A stretch of 64,000 bases of DNA, taken from Candidatus Melainabacteria bacterium RIFCSPLOWO2_02_FULL_35_15 (GTDB taxonomy: Bacteria; Cyanobacteriota; Vampirovibrionia; 2-02-FULL-35-15). The notes beneath the pieces are model-generated. The model did not search any database and was not told the origin of the DNA. It was given only the letters and a program-made list of their open reading frames with translations. The DNA lies in contig MFRN01000035.1 in assembly GCA_001784585.1 (NCBI GenBank), positions 42,925-106,924 of the forward strand. The letters are read 5' to 3'. Position numbers and translations under genes: made by a program. Shown here in pieces: positions 36,454-46,136 of this stretch (position 1 is the first letter of the stretch; each line of letters starts with the position of its first letter).

Positions 36454-37296
36454 TCAATCGATTTTTTTCGCAACCACGAAATGCCCTATGGTATCTCTTA
36501 GGCTTCCAAATAACTGATCCAGGGTTAAAAAAAGTATATTGATAATTGGTATAAGGATAATTGCTAATAAGATTAACGGTGATTTGTAAACAGCGTACAT
36601 AATACTTTTCCCAAGATCTTCTGATTTTTTTCCTGATAAAAGATTAAAAATATTTTTTACATGATTTAAATCAAAAAGTAAAATCATTGCATTACACAAT
36701 GCCTGACCGACTAAAGCAAAAGATCTCCCGATTCCATTCATATAAATAATTTCAAATCCTAATTCGCTAATTTTTTCTTTTAAGATATACTTTGTAAAGC
36801 GGAGATAGTCATGTGGTTCTTCATGCAGATGCCAGTACTGGGGGATTGAGATTATAAAAATCCCATTGATTTTTAAAATTCTTTTAAATTCTTTTAATAC
36901 CTCAAATGGCTCTGAAACATGTTCAAGAACTGAGAACGAAATTATAGTGTCAATCGAATTATTTAAAGCACTTATCTCAGGAAGTTCAGACAGATAATCA
37001 TATTTAACATTTTCTTTAGCTGCTTCCGGATGTTCATGTTTTAAATATTGTTCTATATGTTGCAAAAAATAATTTTGAAACGGAGACGAACCGCATCCCA
37101 CATCCAGAAGTATTCCTTTGGAATATGAAGCATTTTTTTTAATTTCTTTTATCAGATAATAATAAGAAAGAAAACAATAGTTAAATATAGAAAGATTAAT
37201 TTTATTGCTTTGCCTGAGAGCATTTTCTCTCAGGTTTTCTATTACTTGTTTGGGTTTTTCTTTTGTAAGTGGCATAGAAATTAGGTTTAACAGCAT
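36454..37296 (-). CDS. Class I SAM-dependent methyltransferase
   Basis: 280 aa with motif I LLDVGCGSSPF. Confidence 0.6.
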   Translation of the reverse strand: MLLNLISMPLTKEKPKQVIENLRENALRQSNKINLSIFNYCFLSYYYLIKEIKKNASYSKGILLDVGCGSSPFQNYFLQHIEQYLKHEHPEAAKENVKYDYLSELPEISALNNSIDTIISFSVLEHVSEPFEVLKEFKRILKINGIFIISIPQYWHLHEEPHDYLRFTKYILKEKISELGFEIIYMNGIGRSFALVGQALCNAMILLFDLNHVKNIFNLLSGKKSEDLGKSIMYAVYKSPLILLAIILIPIINILFLTLDQLFGSLRDTIGHFVVAKKID

Positions 37297-37386
37297 TTAT
37301 TTTATCATTAATGCTATATGTCATTGTGAGCAAAAGCGGGCAATCTCACAACACTGACACTGTCTGTCAGATTAAATCCTGGTTTT

Positions 37387-38193
37387 TCAAATATACACAA
37401 ATAAACACCTGTCTAATTTAGCATAATCTTTTATAATTTCAAAATTATTAAAGCCATTTTTTCTCAGGAGAAATTTTAAATCGCTGACAAGCAGCGGGTC
37501 AATTTCAAATGCTAATAGTTTTATATCACAACATTTTTTTACTAATTCAACAATCCTCTTGTAATAAATCAAACCTGTTTTATTTTCTTTTGATCCATGT
37601 AATGCAATCTTTGGTTCATGAAGACAGATTTCTGGTTTTAATTTTTGCATTTCATTTAGTTTTACATAGGGAGGATTTGAAATAATTAAATCGAATTTTC
37701 GGCTTTGCAATAATTTTTCAAAACATTTGGAAAAAATATCACAAATTTTAAAATCAATTTTATCTTCTACATAATTTAATCTTGCGTTTTCACAAGCCAA
37801 ATCAATTATTTCTTTTTCAATGTCTATGGCTGTGATTTGTATATTAGGTATTAGTTTTGCCAAAGCAATTGCAATAATCCCTGAACCAGTGCCGATATCA
37901 AGAGCTACTATTTCCGGCTGGGCATACTTCTGTAATTTTTTTATTGTCTCTTCTGTCAAAATTTCTGTTTCTGGCCTTGGAATTAAAACCTTTTTATTCA
38001 CCTTAACTTCAAAATCCATAAAATACGCTTTGCCAAGAATATATTGAACAGGAATTCTTTTCTTAATTCTTTCTTTTACAAGCAATTTTATTTTTTCTTT
38101 ATCCTTAATCTCGGACTCAAGAATTGATATTTCTTTTTTTGCTTCGTTTTCTTCAATGCCGGCAACAATCAGTTCATTAATAAGGTTTTTCAT
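37387..38193 (-). CDS. prmC: Release-factor glutamine N5-methyltransferase (HemK/PrmC family)
   Basis: 268 aa. ALDIGTGSGIIAIALA and the NPPY motif (ISNPPYV) are present. Confidence 0.75.
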   Translation of the reverse strand: MKNLINELIVAGIEENEAKKEISILESEIKDKEKIKLLVKERIKKRIPVQYILGKAYFMDFEVKVNKKVLIPRPETEILTEETIKKLQKYAQPEIVALDIGTGSGIIAIALAKLIPNIQITAIDIEKEIIDLACENARLNYVEDKIDFKICDIFSKCFEKLLQSRKFDLIISNPPYVKLNEMQKLKPEICLHEPKIALHGSKENKTGLIYYKRIVELVKKCCDIKLLAFEIDPLLVSDLKFLLRKNGFNNFEIIKDYAKLDRCLFVYI

Positions 38194-38879
38194 TATTTTC
38201 TAACCAAAATTACAAAATGGTCATCATAAGGATCGTCCAAATTTTTTCTTATTGCTTTAATTTCAGTATGTGAAAGCTCTATGTGCCTGTTTGTATGAAG
38301 CTTTTTAAATAATGATACAGAGCAAAGGTGAAAACCGATTTTTTTAAGCAGCTTTTTAACATAAAAATCTCTATAACCCCATGTCTTAATACCTATTTTA
38401 CTGATGTATTGCTGCTTCGGACTTTTGCCATCGTAATCAGTAGAACTTAAATTATCAAATAAAGTAAAAGCAAAATATCCTCCGGACTTTAATATCTTTT
38501 TTATATTAAAAATTACTTTATCCGGATCTTTTGCATAGTCCATGACACCTGAGCTAATTACAAAATCAAATTTTTCCCTTCCAAATTTTTTAACCAGGCT
38601 TACATCCTGGCTCATCTTAAATACTTTGAATTTTGCTTTACATCTGGATTTCAAAAAAACTTTTGCTTCTTTAAGAGAAGCTTCATTTATATCAAATCCA
38701 ATAATATTTAAATAAGGTTGTTTTTTAAGTAAATATTTTGTTACCCCGCCTTTTCCAATGCCTATTTCAAGAATGGTATTATTCTTTTTAATTTTGTTTA
38801 AAATTAATCTTGCTACGGGTTTCTGTCCGCACCAGTAAGTTTCATCTGGTATCCTATATTTTTTATTTAATGCGCCCAA
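38193..38879 (-). CDS. Class I SAM-dependent methyltransferase
   Basis: 228 aa with motif I LEIGIGKGGVTKYL. Confidence 0.55.
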   Translation of the reverse strand: MGALNKKYRIPDETYWCGQKPVARLILNKIKKNNTILEIGIGKGGVTKYLLKKQPYLNIIGFDINEASLKEAKVFLKSRCKAKFKVFKMSQDVSLVKKFGREKFDFVISSGVMDYAKDPDKVIFNIKKILKSGGYFAFTLFDNLSSTDYDGKSPKQQYISKIGIKTWGYRDFYVKKLLKKIGFHLCSVSLFKKLHTNRHIELSHTEIKAIRKNLDDPYDDHFVILVRK

Positions 38880-39228
38880 AATCGTCCTCTAATCTAACGA
38901 TATCGTCTTCACCAAAATACGTTCCAGTTTGAACTTCAATTACCTCGGCAGTATCACCTCCGATATTTTCTATTCTGTGAAGTATTCCAATCGGCACAGA
39001 AATGGTTTCACCATAAGAATAAATTTTTTCATGTTTATCAACAGTAATTTTTAATTCCCCTTTAACAACTGTCCAGGTTTCATTTCTTTTATTATGATAT
39101 TGAAGACTAAATCTCTTTTTTGGATTTATTATCAGTTTTTTTACCTTGTACTTTGCCTCATTAAGTAAAATGACATATCCACCCCATGGACGCTCTTCTA
39201 ACTTTAGTAATTCATTTAATTTACTCAT
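38863..39228 (-). CDS. Cupin-domain protein (mannose-6-phosphate isomerase type II C-terminal-like)
   Basis: 121 aa. The small barrel motifs WGGYVIL and LQYHNKRNETWTVVKGEL are present. Confidence 0.55.
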   Translation of the reverse strand: MSKLNELLKLEERPWGGYVILLNEAKYKVKKLIINPKKRFSLQYHNKRNETWTVVKGELKITVDKHEKIYSYGETISVPIGILHRIENIGGDTAEVIEVQTGTYFGEDDIVRLEDDFGRIK

Positions 39229-39269
39229 TTAAATAATTGTAGCGCATGTTAGAATTCGCCATATAGTTT

Positions 39270-40421
39270 ATGGATAGGATATACGACTGCATTATCGTTG
39301 GCGCAGGACCTGCTGGTGGAGCAGCTGCTTATCACCTGGCAAAAGATGGACATAAAGTTTTAGTTATTGAAAAAGAATCTCTCCCCCGCTATAAACCATG
39401 CGGCGGGGGAGTATCGCCAGTTATTAGAAAATGGTTTGATTTTGATTTTAGTCCTGTTATTTCTCAAAAGATAAGAGCTTTTAGATATACATGGTGCGGA
39501 GATGATCCTGTAGATATCGAACTTAAATTAAAAGAACCTCTCTGGATGGTAAGAAGAAATGAATTTGATTTTTATATTATTAAACAGGCACAAAAACTTG
39601 GCGCTGAGTTACAGGATAAGACCGAAGTGATTGGGATTCAATTCAAAGATAATCTCTGGCATGTTGAGGCAATTCATGAATTGCCTCAGCAAATAAGAGT
39701 TGAAAAAGCTTTTTACTTAATTGCCTGTGATGGAGCTAAAGGTCCAATAGCTAATTTTTTAGGTTTTAAAAACAGAAAACATATTATCGGCGGCGCTATT
39801 GAAGCTGAAGCTTCTGTAAAAGTTAATAATAGTTCAACAGCTCATTTTGAATTTGGAATGGTAAAAAACGGTTATCTCTGGAATTTTCCAAAAATCGACG
39901 GATATTCTTTAGGAATAGGAATATTTAAAAACAATCAAAAACAAAATTTAAAATCCATTGTAAGTAAATATTCAAAAATATTTGATATTGATTTTAATAC
40001 TACAAAACAATACGGGCATCCGATTTCACTTTGGAGCGGGAATCAAATACTTCACACCAAAAATGAAAGAGCTATTCTGGCTGGTGAGGCTGCTTGTGTA
40101 GTCGATCCGCTTACTGCAGAAGGAATCAGACCATCAATCTTTACAGGACTAAAAGCTGCAGAAGCTGTAAGTAAAGCACTTTCAGAAGATACCTCTGCTA
40201 TTAAAAATTACACAAAAATTATCCATAAAGAAATTGGCACTGATATGAAGATAGCAAATAATTTATCGAAAATACTGTACAGATTCCCAGATATTTGCTA
40301 TAAAAAAATTTTAAAAAGACAGTCAGCTACAAATATAATGGCAAAAATTTTATGCGGAGAGATGAGATATAGTGATATTAAAAAAGAGACCTTTGAACAT
40401 TTGACTAAAATGTTTTTTTAA
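39270..40421 (+). CDS. FAD-dependent oxidoreductase of the geranylgeranyl reductase family
   Basis: 383 aa. The N-terminal dinucleotide fold YDCIIVGAGPAGGAAAYHLAKDGHKVLVIEKE is present. Confidence 0.65.
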   Translation: MDRIYDCIIVGAGPAGGAAAYHLAKDGHKVLVIEKESLPRYKPCGGGVSPVIRKWFDFDFSPVISQKIRAFRYTWCGDDPVDIELKLKEPLWMVRRNEFDFYIIKQAQKLGAELQDKTEVIGIQFKDNLWHVEAIHELPQQIRVEKAFYLIACDGAKGPIANFLGFKNRKHIIGGAIEAEASVKVNNSSTAHFEFGMVKNGYLWNFPKIDGYSLGIGIFKNNQKQNLKSIVSKYSKIFDIDFNTTKQYGHPISLWSGNQILHTKNERAILAGEAACVVDPLTAEGIRPSIFTGLKAAEAVSKALSEDTSAIKNYTKIIHKEIGTDMKIANNLSKILYRFPDICYKKILKRQSATNIMAKILCGEMRYSDIKKETFEHLTKMFF

Positions 40422-41344
40422 GCTGTTTGAAAAACATCCTTATATAAATTTGTTTTCTCAACAATATCTTTTAATCTCTTATTCCAGTTATCTAACTCCA
40501 TTCTCAGTAAAGAATTACCAAGCAATAACCACAGGAGTTTTAAATAAATCGAGCCTTCATCAATTTCAAGTGTGTTCTCAATAACAATTTCATTTTCACA
40601 TGGTAAGATTGCCCAGGTATTTATGCCGTTTAAAATCGGGTTAGAGAATGAGATTTCAATCTTATTTGATTCATTTTTGTTTATCCTGCACTGAAAACTG
40701 CCTAAGAGTGGCAGGGTAAAAGTGAATTCATTTTTTCCATTTAAAAGATCGATTTTTATAAAGGGGGATAACCAGAGAGAGAACTTATTTAAATCCTGAA
40801 ATAATGAATTAATTTCATTTATGTCGGCTTCAATCATTATGTAGCTTCTGATGGCAAAAAGATCCTTAAAGTTATTTTTTTTCTGATTTGAAGTTAATTG
40901 TAAATTCTTATATAAAACATTCTTAAATCTAAAATGTTTTATCAAGGCCTCAATATAAAAGAAAAGGGAGAGAATCAGGCTAAGCGCAGGTAAATTAAAG
41001 TGGTTATATAAAGAAAAATCAAACTTTTCTCTCAGCAGGGTACTATTTTCACCATCATCTATAAAATATATTGTTTGTGTTCCTTTTATTAGTCCGCTTA
41101 AATCAAAAACAATTTTTTTATCAGGAATTATTTCTTTTACAGTTACAAAAAACTGAAGTAAATCAAGAAAGGCACATTTTAGTGAAAAACATGTGTTTGT
41201 ATCGATATTTAAATTTGGTGATTGAAAATTTTCAATTGTAAAAAACGGAGAAACACATTTCTTAAAAGTACTAATCTCCAGGAAGTATTTAAAAACCTCT
41301 TTTTGAGGGAGTTCCATCCTTGAAAAAATGTCAATAGTAGCCAT
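40418..41344 (-). CDS. Hypothetical protein
   Basis: 308-aa ORF. No recognisable motif. Confidence 0.45.
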   Translation of the reverse strand: MATIDIFSRMELPQKEVFKYFLEISTFKKCVSPFFTIENFQSPNLNIDTNTCFSLKCAFLDLLQFFVTVKEIIPDKKIVFDLSGLIKGTQTIYFIDDGENSTLLREKFDFSLYNHFNLPALSLILSLFFYIEALIKHFRFKNVLYKNLQLTSNQKKNNFKDLFAIRSYIMIEADINEINSLFQDLNKFSLWLSPFIKIDLLNGKNEFTFTLPLLGSFQCRINKNESNKIEISFSNPILNGINTWAILPCENEIVIENTLEIDEGSIYLKLLWLLLGNSLLRMELDNWNKRLKDIVEKTNLYKDVFQTA

Positions 41345-41542
41345 AAAGCATTATCTTAAGACATTAATTATATTATTACGCTAATAAATCCAGTGTAAAA
41401 CATAACTTTCGTAAGAAATATTAGAAAAATTTAATGTGTTAAGAAAAATATTTACGGCAATTTGAACAATTCTTTATTAACCTATACTGTGTAGCTTCTG
41501 TTCTTGTTTAAAAGGATCTGAGTTTATCTTAGGCTATAAAAC

Positions 41543-42472
41543 ATGCACAAGTATTTTATAAAAAAAGAAAAAAGATTCTGGACAAATTTTGTTAACAATT
41601 TAATGAGTCAAATATTTTTTCTTAGTGCATTTATAGCAGTAGTCTCGCTGTTCTTAATAACAATTTATGTCTTTTATAACGGTATTCAGATATTTAAAAC
41701 AGTTCCTGTAAAAGATTTTATTTTTGGATCTGAATGGGAACCGGTAACCAGAAAACTTTTTGGTATATTCCCGATGATTATTACTTCATTTTATGTAACT
41801 ATAGGTGCATTAATATTAAGTGCACCATTAGGAATAGCCTGTGCTGTTTTTCTGGCTGAAATTGCACCTTTATATGCACAGCAAATTATAAGGCCCGCTG
41901 TCCAGCTTTTAGCAGGAATACCATCAGTAATTTTTGGGCTTTTTGGATTAGCATTTATAGTTCCTTTGATTCAAACTTTTACTGAAGTTGCAGGGCTTTC
42001 AATTTTAGCTGCAATAATTATTCTTTCCATAATGATTTTACCTACAATAATCAGTATTTCCGAGGATGCTATCAGAGCTGTTCCAAAAGAATTAAAAGAA
42101 AGCAGCATTGCACTTGGTACTACAAAATGGCAGACAATTTATGGGGCCATTCTGCCAGCAAGCTCATCAGGATTAATGACAGCAACTGCTCTTTCACTGG
42201 GAAGGGCCTTTGGTGAAGCCATGGCAGTAAAGATGATAATTGGAAATACCCAGACAATGCCTGATTTTTCTCCTGATACATTATTTGGACTCTTAAGTCT
42301 GGCGAGGACACTAACCACAAATATAATTGGTGACATTGAATATGCTGTACCTGGACCACATTTACAGTCTTTATTTGCAACAGGAGCAATATTATTTGTT
42401 TTTATTATTCTTACAAACACGGTTTATTATTTATTTCTGAAAAAAGCTTATGGTGTAAGAAGGGCACAATAA
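41543..42472 (+). CDS. pstC: Phosphate ABC transporter permease PstC
   Basis: 309 aa with multiple TM segments. The EAA-like loop KELKESSIALGTTKWQTIYGAILP is present. Confidence 0.8.
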   Translation: MHKYFIKKEKRFWTNFVNNLMSQIFFLSAFIAVVSLFLITIYVFYNGIQIFKTVPVKDFIFGSEWEPVTRKLFGIFPMIITSFYVTIGALILSAPLGIACAVFLAEIAPLYAQQIIRPAVQLLAGIPSVIFGLFGLAFIVPLIQTFTEVAGLSILAAIIILSIMILPTIISISEDAIRAVPKELKESSIALGTTKWQTIYGAILPASSSGLMTATALSLGRAFGEAMAVKMIIGNTQTMPDFSPDTLFGLLSLARTLTTNIIGDIEYAVPGPHLQSLFATGAILFVFIILTNTVYYLFLKKAYGVRRAQ

Positions 42473-42475
42473 TTT

Positions 42476-43372
42476 ATGAAGATTGAATTTGAAAAGGGAA
42501 ATGTAGCAAAAATTCAAATGGAGCAAAATATTGCTCTTGGCACATTGTGGTTTTCCGGATGGTTAATTGTAGCAGTGCTCATTTTTATTATTGGTTATAT
42601 TTTTTATTTTGGTTTACCGACTGCTCTGTCTTTTCAATATTTATTTACTCCTCCTGAAGGTGGCAGATATGATACAGGAGGAATTTTATATCAATCCATT
42701 GCAACACTTTATTTAATTTTTGGCGCAATACTAGTAGCAGCACCAATTGGAATATTTGCAGCAATTTATCTTACAGAGTATGCGCCACAAAACACTATTA
42801 CAAAGTTAATAGGATTTGCAATTGAAAATCTGGCAGGCATTCCTTCTATTATTTATGGGCTTTTTGGCCTGGCATTTTTTGTAATATTTTTAAAATTTGA
42901 ATATTCATTGTTTGCAGGTGCACTGACAGTAGCTATAATGGTTTTACCTGTAATAATCAGGACATCAGAAGAAGCGTTGCTTTCAGTACCACAAAGGCTA
43001 AGGCAGAGCAGTTTAGCTCTTGGTGTAAACAAATGGCAGACAATTTCAAACGTAGTTTTACCATCTGCATTCCCGGGAATACTTACCGGCATTTTGCTTA
43101 GTATTGGAAGAATAATCGGTGAGTCAGCCATTTTAATCCTTGCAGCAGGAGGAAGCATTACAGCCATGCCAAGTCTTTTATCAAGTGATTATCCGTTTTT
43201 TCTGCCGGACTCAGCCAGAACTTTAGCTGTTCATCTTTATTACCAGGCGACAAGTTACGATTCACGGGGAAAAGCTTTTGCTACAGGTGTAGTTCTGATT
43301 TTCATAATATTGTTTTTAAACTTCAGTATTAATCAAATTTCAAAGAGTTACAGAAAAAGGTTTGTAAGATAG
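42476..43372 (+). CDS. pstA: Phosphate ABC transporter permease PstA
   Basis: 298 aa. The EAA-like loop RLRQSSLALGVNKWQTISNVVLP is present. It lies directly downstream of pstC. Confidence 0.8.
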   Translation: MKIEFEKGNVAKIQMEQNIALGTLWFSGWLIVAVLIFIIGYIFYFGLPTALSFQYLFTPPEGGRYDTGGILYQSIATLYLIFGAILVAAPIGIFAAIYLTEYAPQNTITKLIGFAIENLAGIPSIIYGLFGLAFFVIFLKFEYSLFAGALTVAIMVLPVIIRTSEEALLSVPQRLRQSSLALGVNKWQTISNVVLPSAFPGILTGILLSIGRIIGESAILILAAGGSITAMPSLLSSDYPFFLPDSARTLAVHLYYQATSYDSRGKAFATGVVLIFIILFLNFSINQISKSYRKRFVR

Positions 43373-43446
43373 CGATAGCCCTAATAGAGGCGTGATTAAT
43401 TACGTTTCTAGTAGGGTACATTTAAATCATATAATCCTAAAATGAG

Positions 43447-43884
43447 GTGACTGCCATGCGTGCTAAAGACGTTATGAATACTGAGATTTTTGTTTTGCAT
43501 GAAACTGATGATATACTCCAGGCTTCAAATTTTATGAAGAAGGAAAGAATTAGAAATCTGCCTGTGGTAGATGAAAGAAACAAATTAATCGGATTAGTTA
43601 CTCTTAGAGAAATAGTAGATGCTTTAGCTAATGGAAAAAAGAATATAACAATAGGTGACATAATGATTAGAGAAGTTAAAGCTATCGGGCCGGATACACC
43701 GCTAAAAGGTGCTATTGAGGTAATGATTATAAATAAGTTTGGAAGTATGCCTGTCGTAGACAGTAACAGAAAACTTTTAGGTATGATATCTGAGCTGGAT
43801 TTACTAAAGAAGCTTTATTCTATGTCCGATATGCCTGACGATTTTTACAGAGCTGAAGAAAAGAAAAAAAGTTTTCAGTTTTAA
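43447..43884 (+). CDS. CBS-domain pair protein
   Basis: 145 aa with two CBS motifs (NLPVVDERNKLIGLVT and SMPVVDSNRKLLGMIS). Confidence 0.7.
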   Translation: MTAMRAKDVMNTEIFVLHETDDILQASNFMKKERIRNLPVVDERNKLIGLVTLREIVDALANGKKNITIGDIMIREVKAIGPDTPLKGAIEVMIINKFGSMPVVDSNRKLLGMISELDLLKKLYSMSDMPDDFYRAEEKKKSFQF

Positions 43885-43888
43885 CTTT

Positions 43889-44761
43889 TTATTTTAATGC
43901 CTCAACCCCGCCTACAATTTCTGAAAGCTCCTGTGTAATTGCAGCCTGGCGGGCTTTGTTATAGACAATAGTGAGTTTATCAATTAACTCTTTTGCATTT
44001 TTTGTAGCATTTGACATGGCATTCATACGGCTGGCTAACTCACTACATGATGCTTCAAGCAGTGCATGATAAATAATGTTACTTAAATACAAAGGAAGTA
44101 AACTGCCAAGGACCATATCTAATGTCGGTTCAAATAAAATCTCTGAAGGTTGCTTATTTCCGGAAGAAGTATCCGGAATAATCGGCAAAAACTGTTTTGT
44201 ATAAACTTCATTTCTAAGCATAGAAATAAAATCTGTCCCGATTATTTCTACCTGATCAACTGTTTTATTTAAAAAAGCATTTTCAGCACTTCCTGCTATA
44301 AGATTTGCCAGTTCAATATTTGGAATAGCAGGTAACTGAGTAAAATTATCCAGTATTTCCACTCTAGTTCTCTTAAAAAAATTATTTGCTTTGTTTCCAA
44401 TTGTAATTAATTTTAGTTTTACTCCGGATTTTTCAAGTTCAATAATCCTTCGCATAGCTTTTTTAAGAATGTTTGTGTTATAGCTGCCACATAAGCCTCT
44501 GTCAGAACTAATTACAATAATTCCAACAGATTTTACCAGTCTTTCACGCATTAGAGGAATTTCATTTTTGTCAAGTGAAGAAATAGAAACTACTGCTTTA
44601 TGTATAAAGTTAATAATTTGCTGGGTATATGGCCTTGAATTTAAAACCCTGATCTGCGCTCTTCTTACTTTACTTGCAGCAACAAGTTTCATTGCCTGAG
44701 TAATTTTTTGGGTACTCTTTATTGATTTAATTCTTACTTTTATATGTTTTAGGTTAGGCAT
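43889..44761 (-). CDS. atpG: F-type ATP synthase gamma subunit
   Basis: 290 aa. The N-terminus MPNLKHIKVRIKSIKSTQKITQAMKLVAASKVRRAQ and the C-terminal QELSEIVGG are typical of AtpG. Confidence 0.85.
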   Translation of the reverse strand: MPNLKHIKVRIKSIKSTQKITQAMKLVAASKVRRAQIRVLNSRPYTQQIINFIHKAVVSISSLDKNEIPLMRERLVKSVGIIVISSDRGLCGSYNTNILKKAMRRIIELEKSGVKLKLITIGNKANNFFKRTRVEILDNFTQLPAIPNIELANLIAGSAENAFLNKTVDQVEIIGTDFISMLRNEVYTKQFLPIIPDTSSGNKQPSEILFEPTLDMVLGSLLPLYLSNIIYHALLEASCSELASRMNAMSNATKNAKELIDKLTIVYNKARQAAITQELSEIVGGVEALK

Positions 44762-44773
44762 ATTTTTCTATCC

Positions 44774-44804
44774 GCAACACAATTTTCTAATAAAATTGTG
44801 TTGC
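44774..44804. promoter_or_regulatory. Perfect 12-bp inverted repeat immediately upstream of the atpG start codon
   Basis: GCAACACAATTT (44774-44785) - 7-nt spacer - AAATTGTGTTGC (44793-44804), 13 nt upstream of the ATG on the minus strand. A second hairpin, GGTTTTGCCGA/TCGGACAAAACC, lies at 44846-44873. Confidence 0.4.
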
Positions 44805-44970
44805 TTTGCAGAGTGCTCCTAGTCTACTTAATTTATCGTCATCCAGGTTTTGCCGAACAAGTCGGACAAAACCTTTCTCTGTTAATTTTGTTATTCCAGT
44901 CAGGTTACATACTATTTTTTCCTTGTTAATATTAACATAACAATATGTTATAAAATAATCCTGTAATTGT

Positions 44971-46113
44971 ATGAACTTAATTAAATCAAATTTTTTCTTT
45001 TTCTGTTTTATGTTTCTTGCTTCATGTTTCTTTTCTTCTGTCCTGTCCCAAATAAATGAAACCACAATTGACCCTGCAAAAAAATATGAGGATTTAATTA
45101 AATCTCAAGATGCTCCTAAAATTCAGGAACCTGTTGTCACCCCCCACGCTCAGTCTGCTGCAGAAGAAAAACAGGATGAATTAATTTTACTTCTGCCAAA
45201 ACTTGATCCAGCTTTATATACCGACTGGAATACACCGGATAAGCCTGTTATATGGACAGAGGGAAATCCTGCTTTGGATTTTTCACAGGGAAATCAGGAA
45301 TTATTTAATGAATTAAAATTAGAAAAAATTTTAAAGCAAACTTATACAAAAGAAAATCATATTGTTGATGTGTTAATTTATAAGTTTAAGGATTTCACAG
45401 GAGCATACAGTGCTTATACAGTACTACATAGCGGTGCTACTACAAAATTAAAAGTAGGGAAAAATGCAAGTGAATCAGATAAACTTGTTAATTTCTGGAG
45501 GGGAAATTACTTTATTGACATCCACACAAATGCTGAAAATGACAGTGTTGCAAAAGAATTTATTATTCTTGCAAGCCAGGATATTTCAAAAAATCTACAA
45601 ACAGAGCAAATGCCTCCTGTTGTAGCCATCCAGCTCCCTGCTTTAAACAGAGTTCAGGGAACTGAAAAATATTGTCTTGGTTCTGTATGTTGTAAAAAAT
45701 ATTTCACCGGGAATACAATAGATTTTGATCTTTTCAATCTTAGTGAATCAGGAGGAATCATAACTGCGCAGTACCAGGAAGATAATTCAAAAGATAAGGA
45801 AAGAATATCTCTTATTCTTTCCCGGTATATTACAAAAGAAAGTGCACAAGCAGTATTTGCTTCCTTTAAAGAATATTTTGAAAAGCAAAAGCTGGCAAAC
45901 AAAGAAATGGAGATTGATTTTGATATTGATGATTCAACCTTAAAAATTAAAAATCAGAAAAATAACTATACAATGTTAAAACAAAGGGGGAATCTACTGG
46001 CTATTGCATATAACATAATGAACAAAAAATCAGGCAAGCAGGTACTGGCACTGATCCCATGGCCTATAGAAATTGCAAAACCGATAAATACTATTACTGA
46101 TACTGAGAAATAA
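44971..46113 (+). CDS. Secreted hypothetical protein
   Basis: 380 aa with signal peptide MNLIKSNFFFFCFMFLASCFFSSVLSQ. Confidence 0.55.
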   Translation: MNLIKSNFFFFCFMFLASCFFSSVLSQINETTIDPAKKYEDLIKSQDAPKIQEPVVTPHAQSAAEEKQDELILLLPKLDPALYTDWNTPDKPVIWTEGNPALDFSQGNQELFNELKLEKILKQTYTKENHIVDVLIYKFKDFTGAYSAYTVLHSGATTKLKVGKNASESDKLVNFWRGNYFIDIHTNAENDSVAKEFIILASQDISKNLQTEQMPPVVAIQLPALNRVQGTEKYCLGSVCCKKYFTGNTIDFDLFNLSESGGIITAQYQEDNSKDKERISLILSRYITKESAQAVFASFKEYFEKQKLANKEMEIDFDIDDSTLKIKNQKNNYTMLKQRGNLLAIAYNIMNKKSGKQVLALIPWPIEIAKPINTITDTEK

Positions 46114-46136
46114 GGTACAATTTAAAAAGATAAGAA

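Noticed and set aside
44787-45065. 92-aa minus-strand ORF between atpG and the secreted-protein gene
   Set aside because: It overlaps the hairpin-rich atpG 5' region and the start of the plus-strand 44971 gene. It has no recognisable features.
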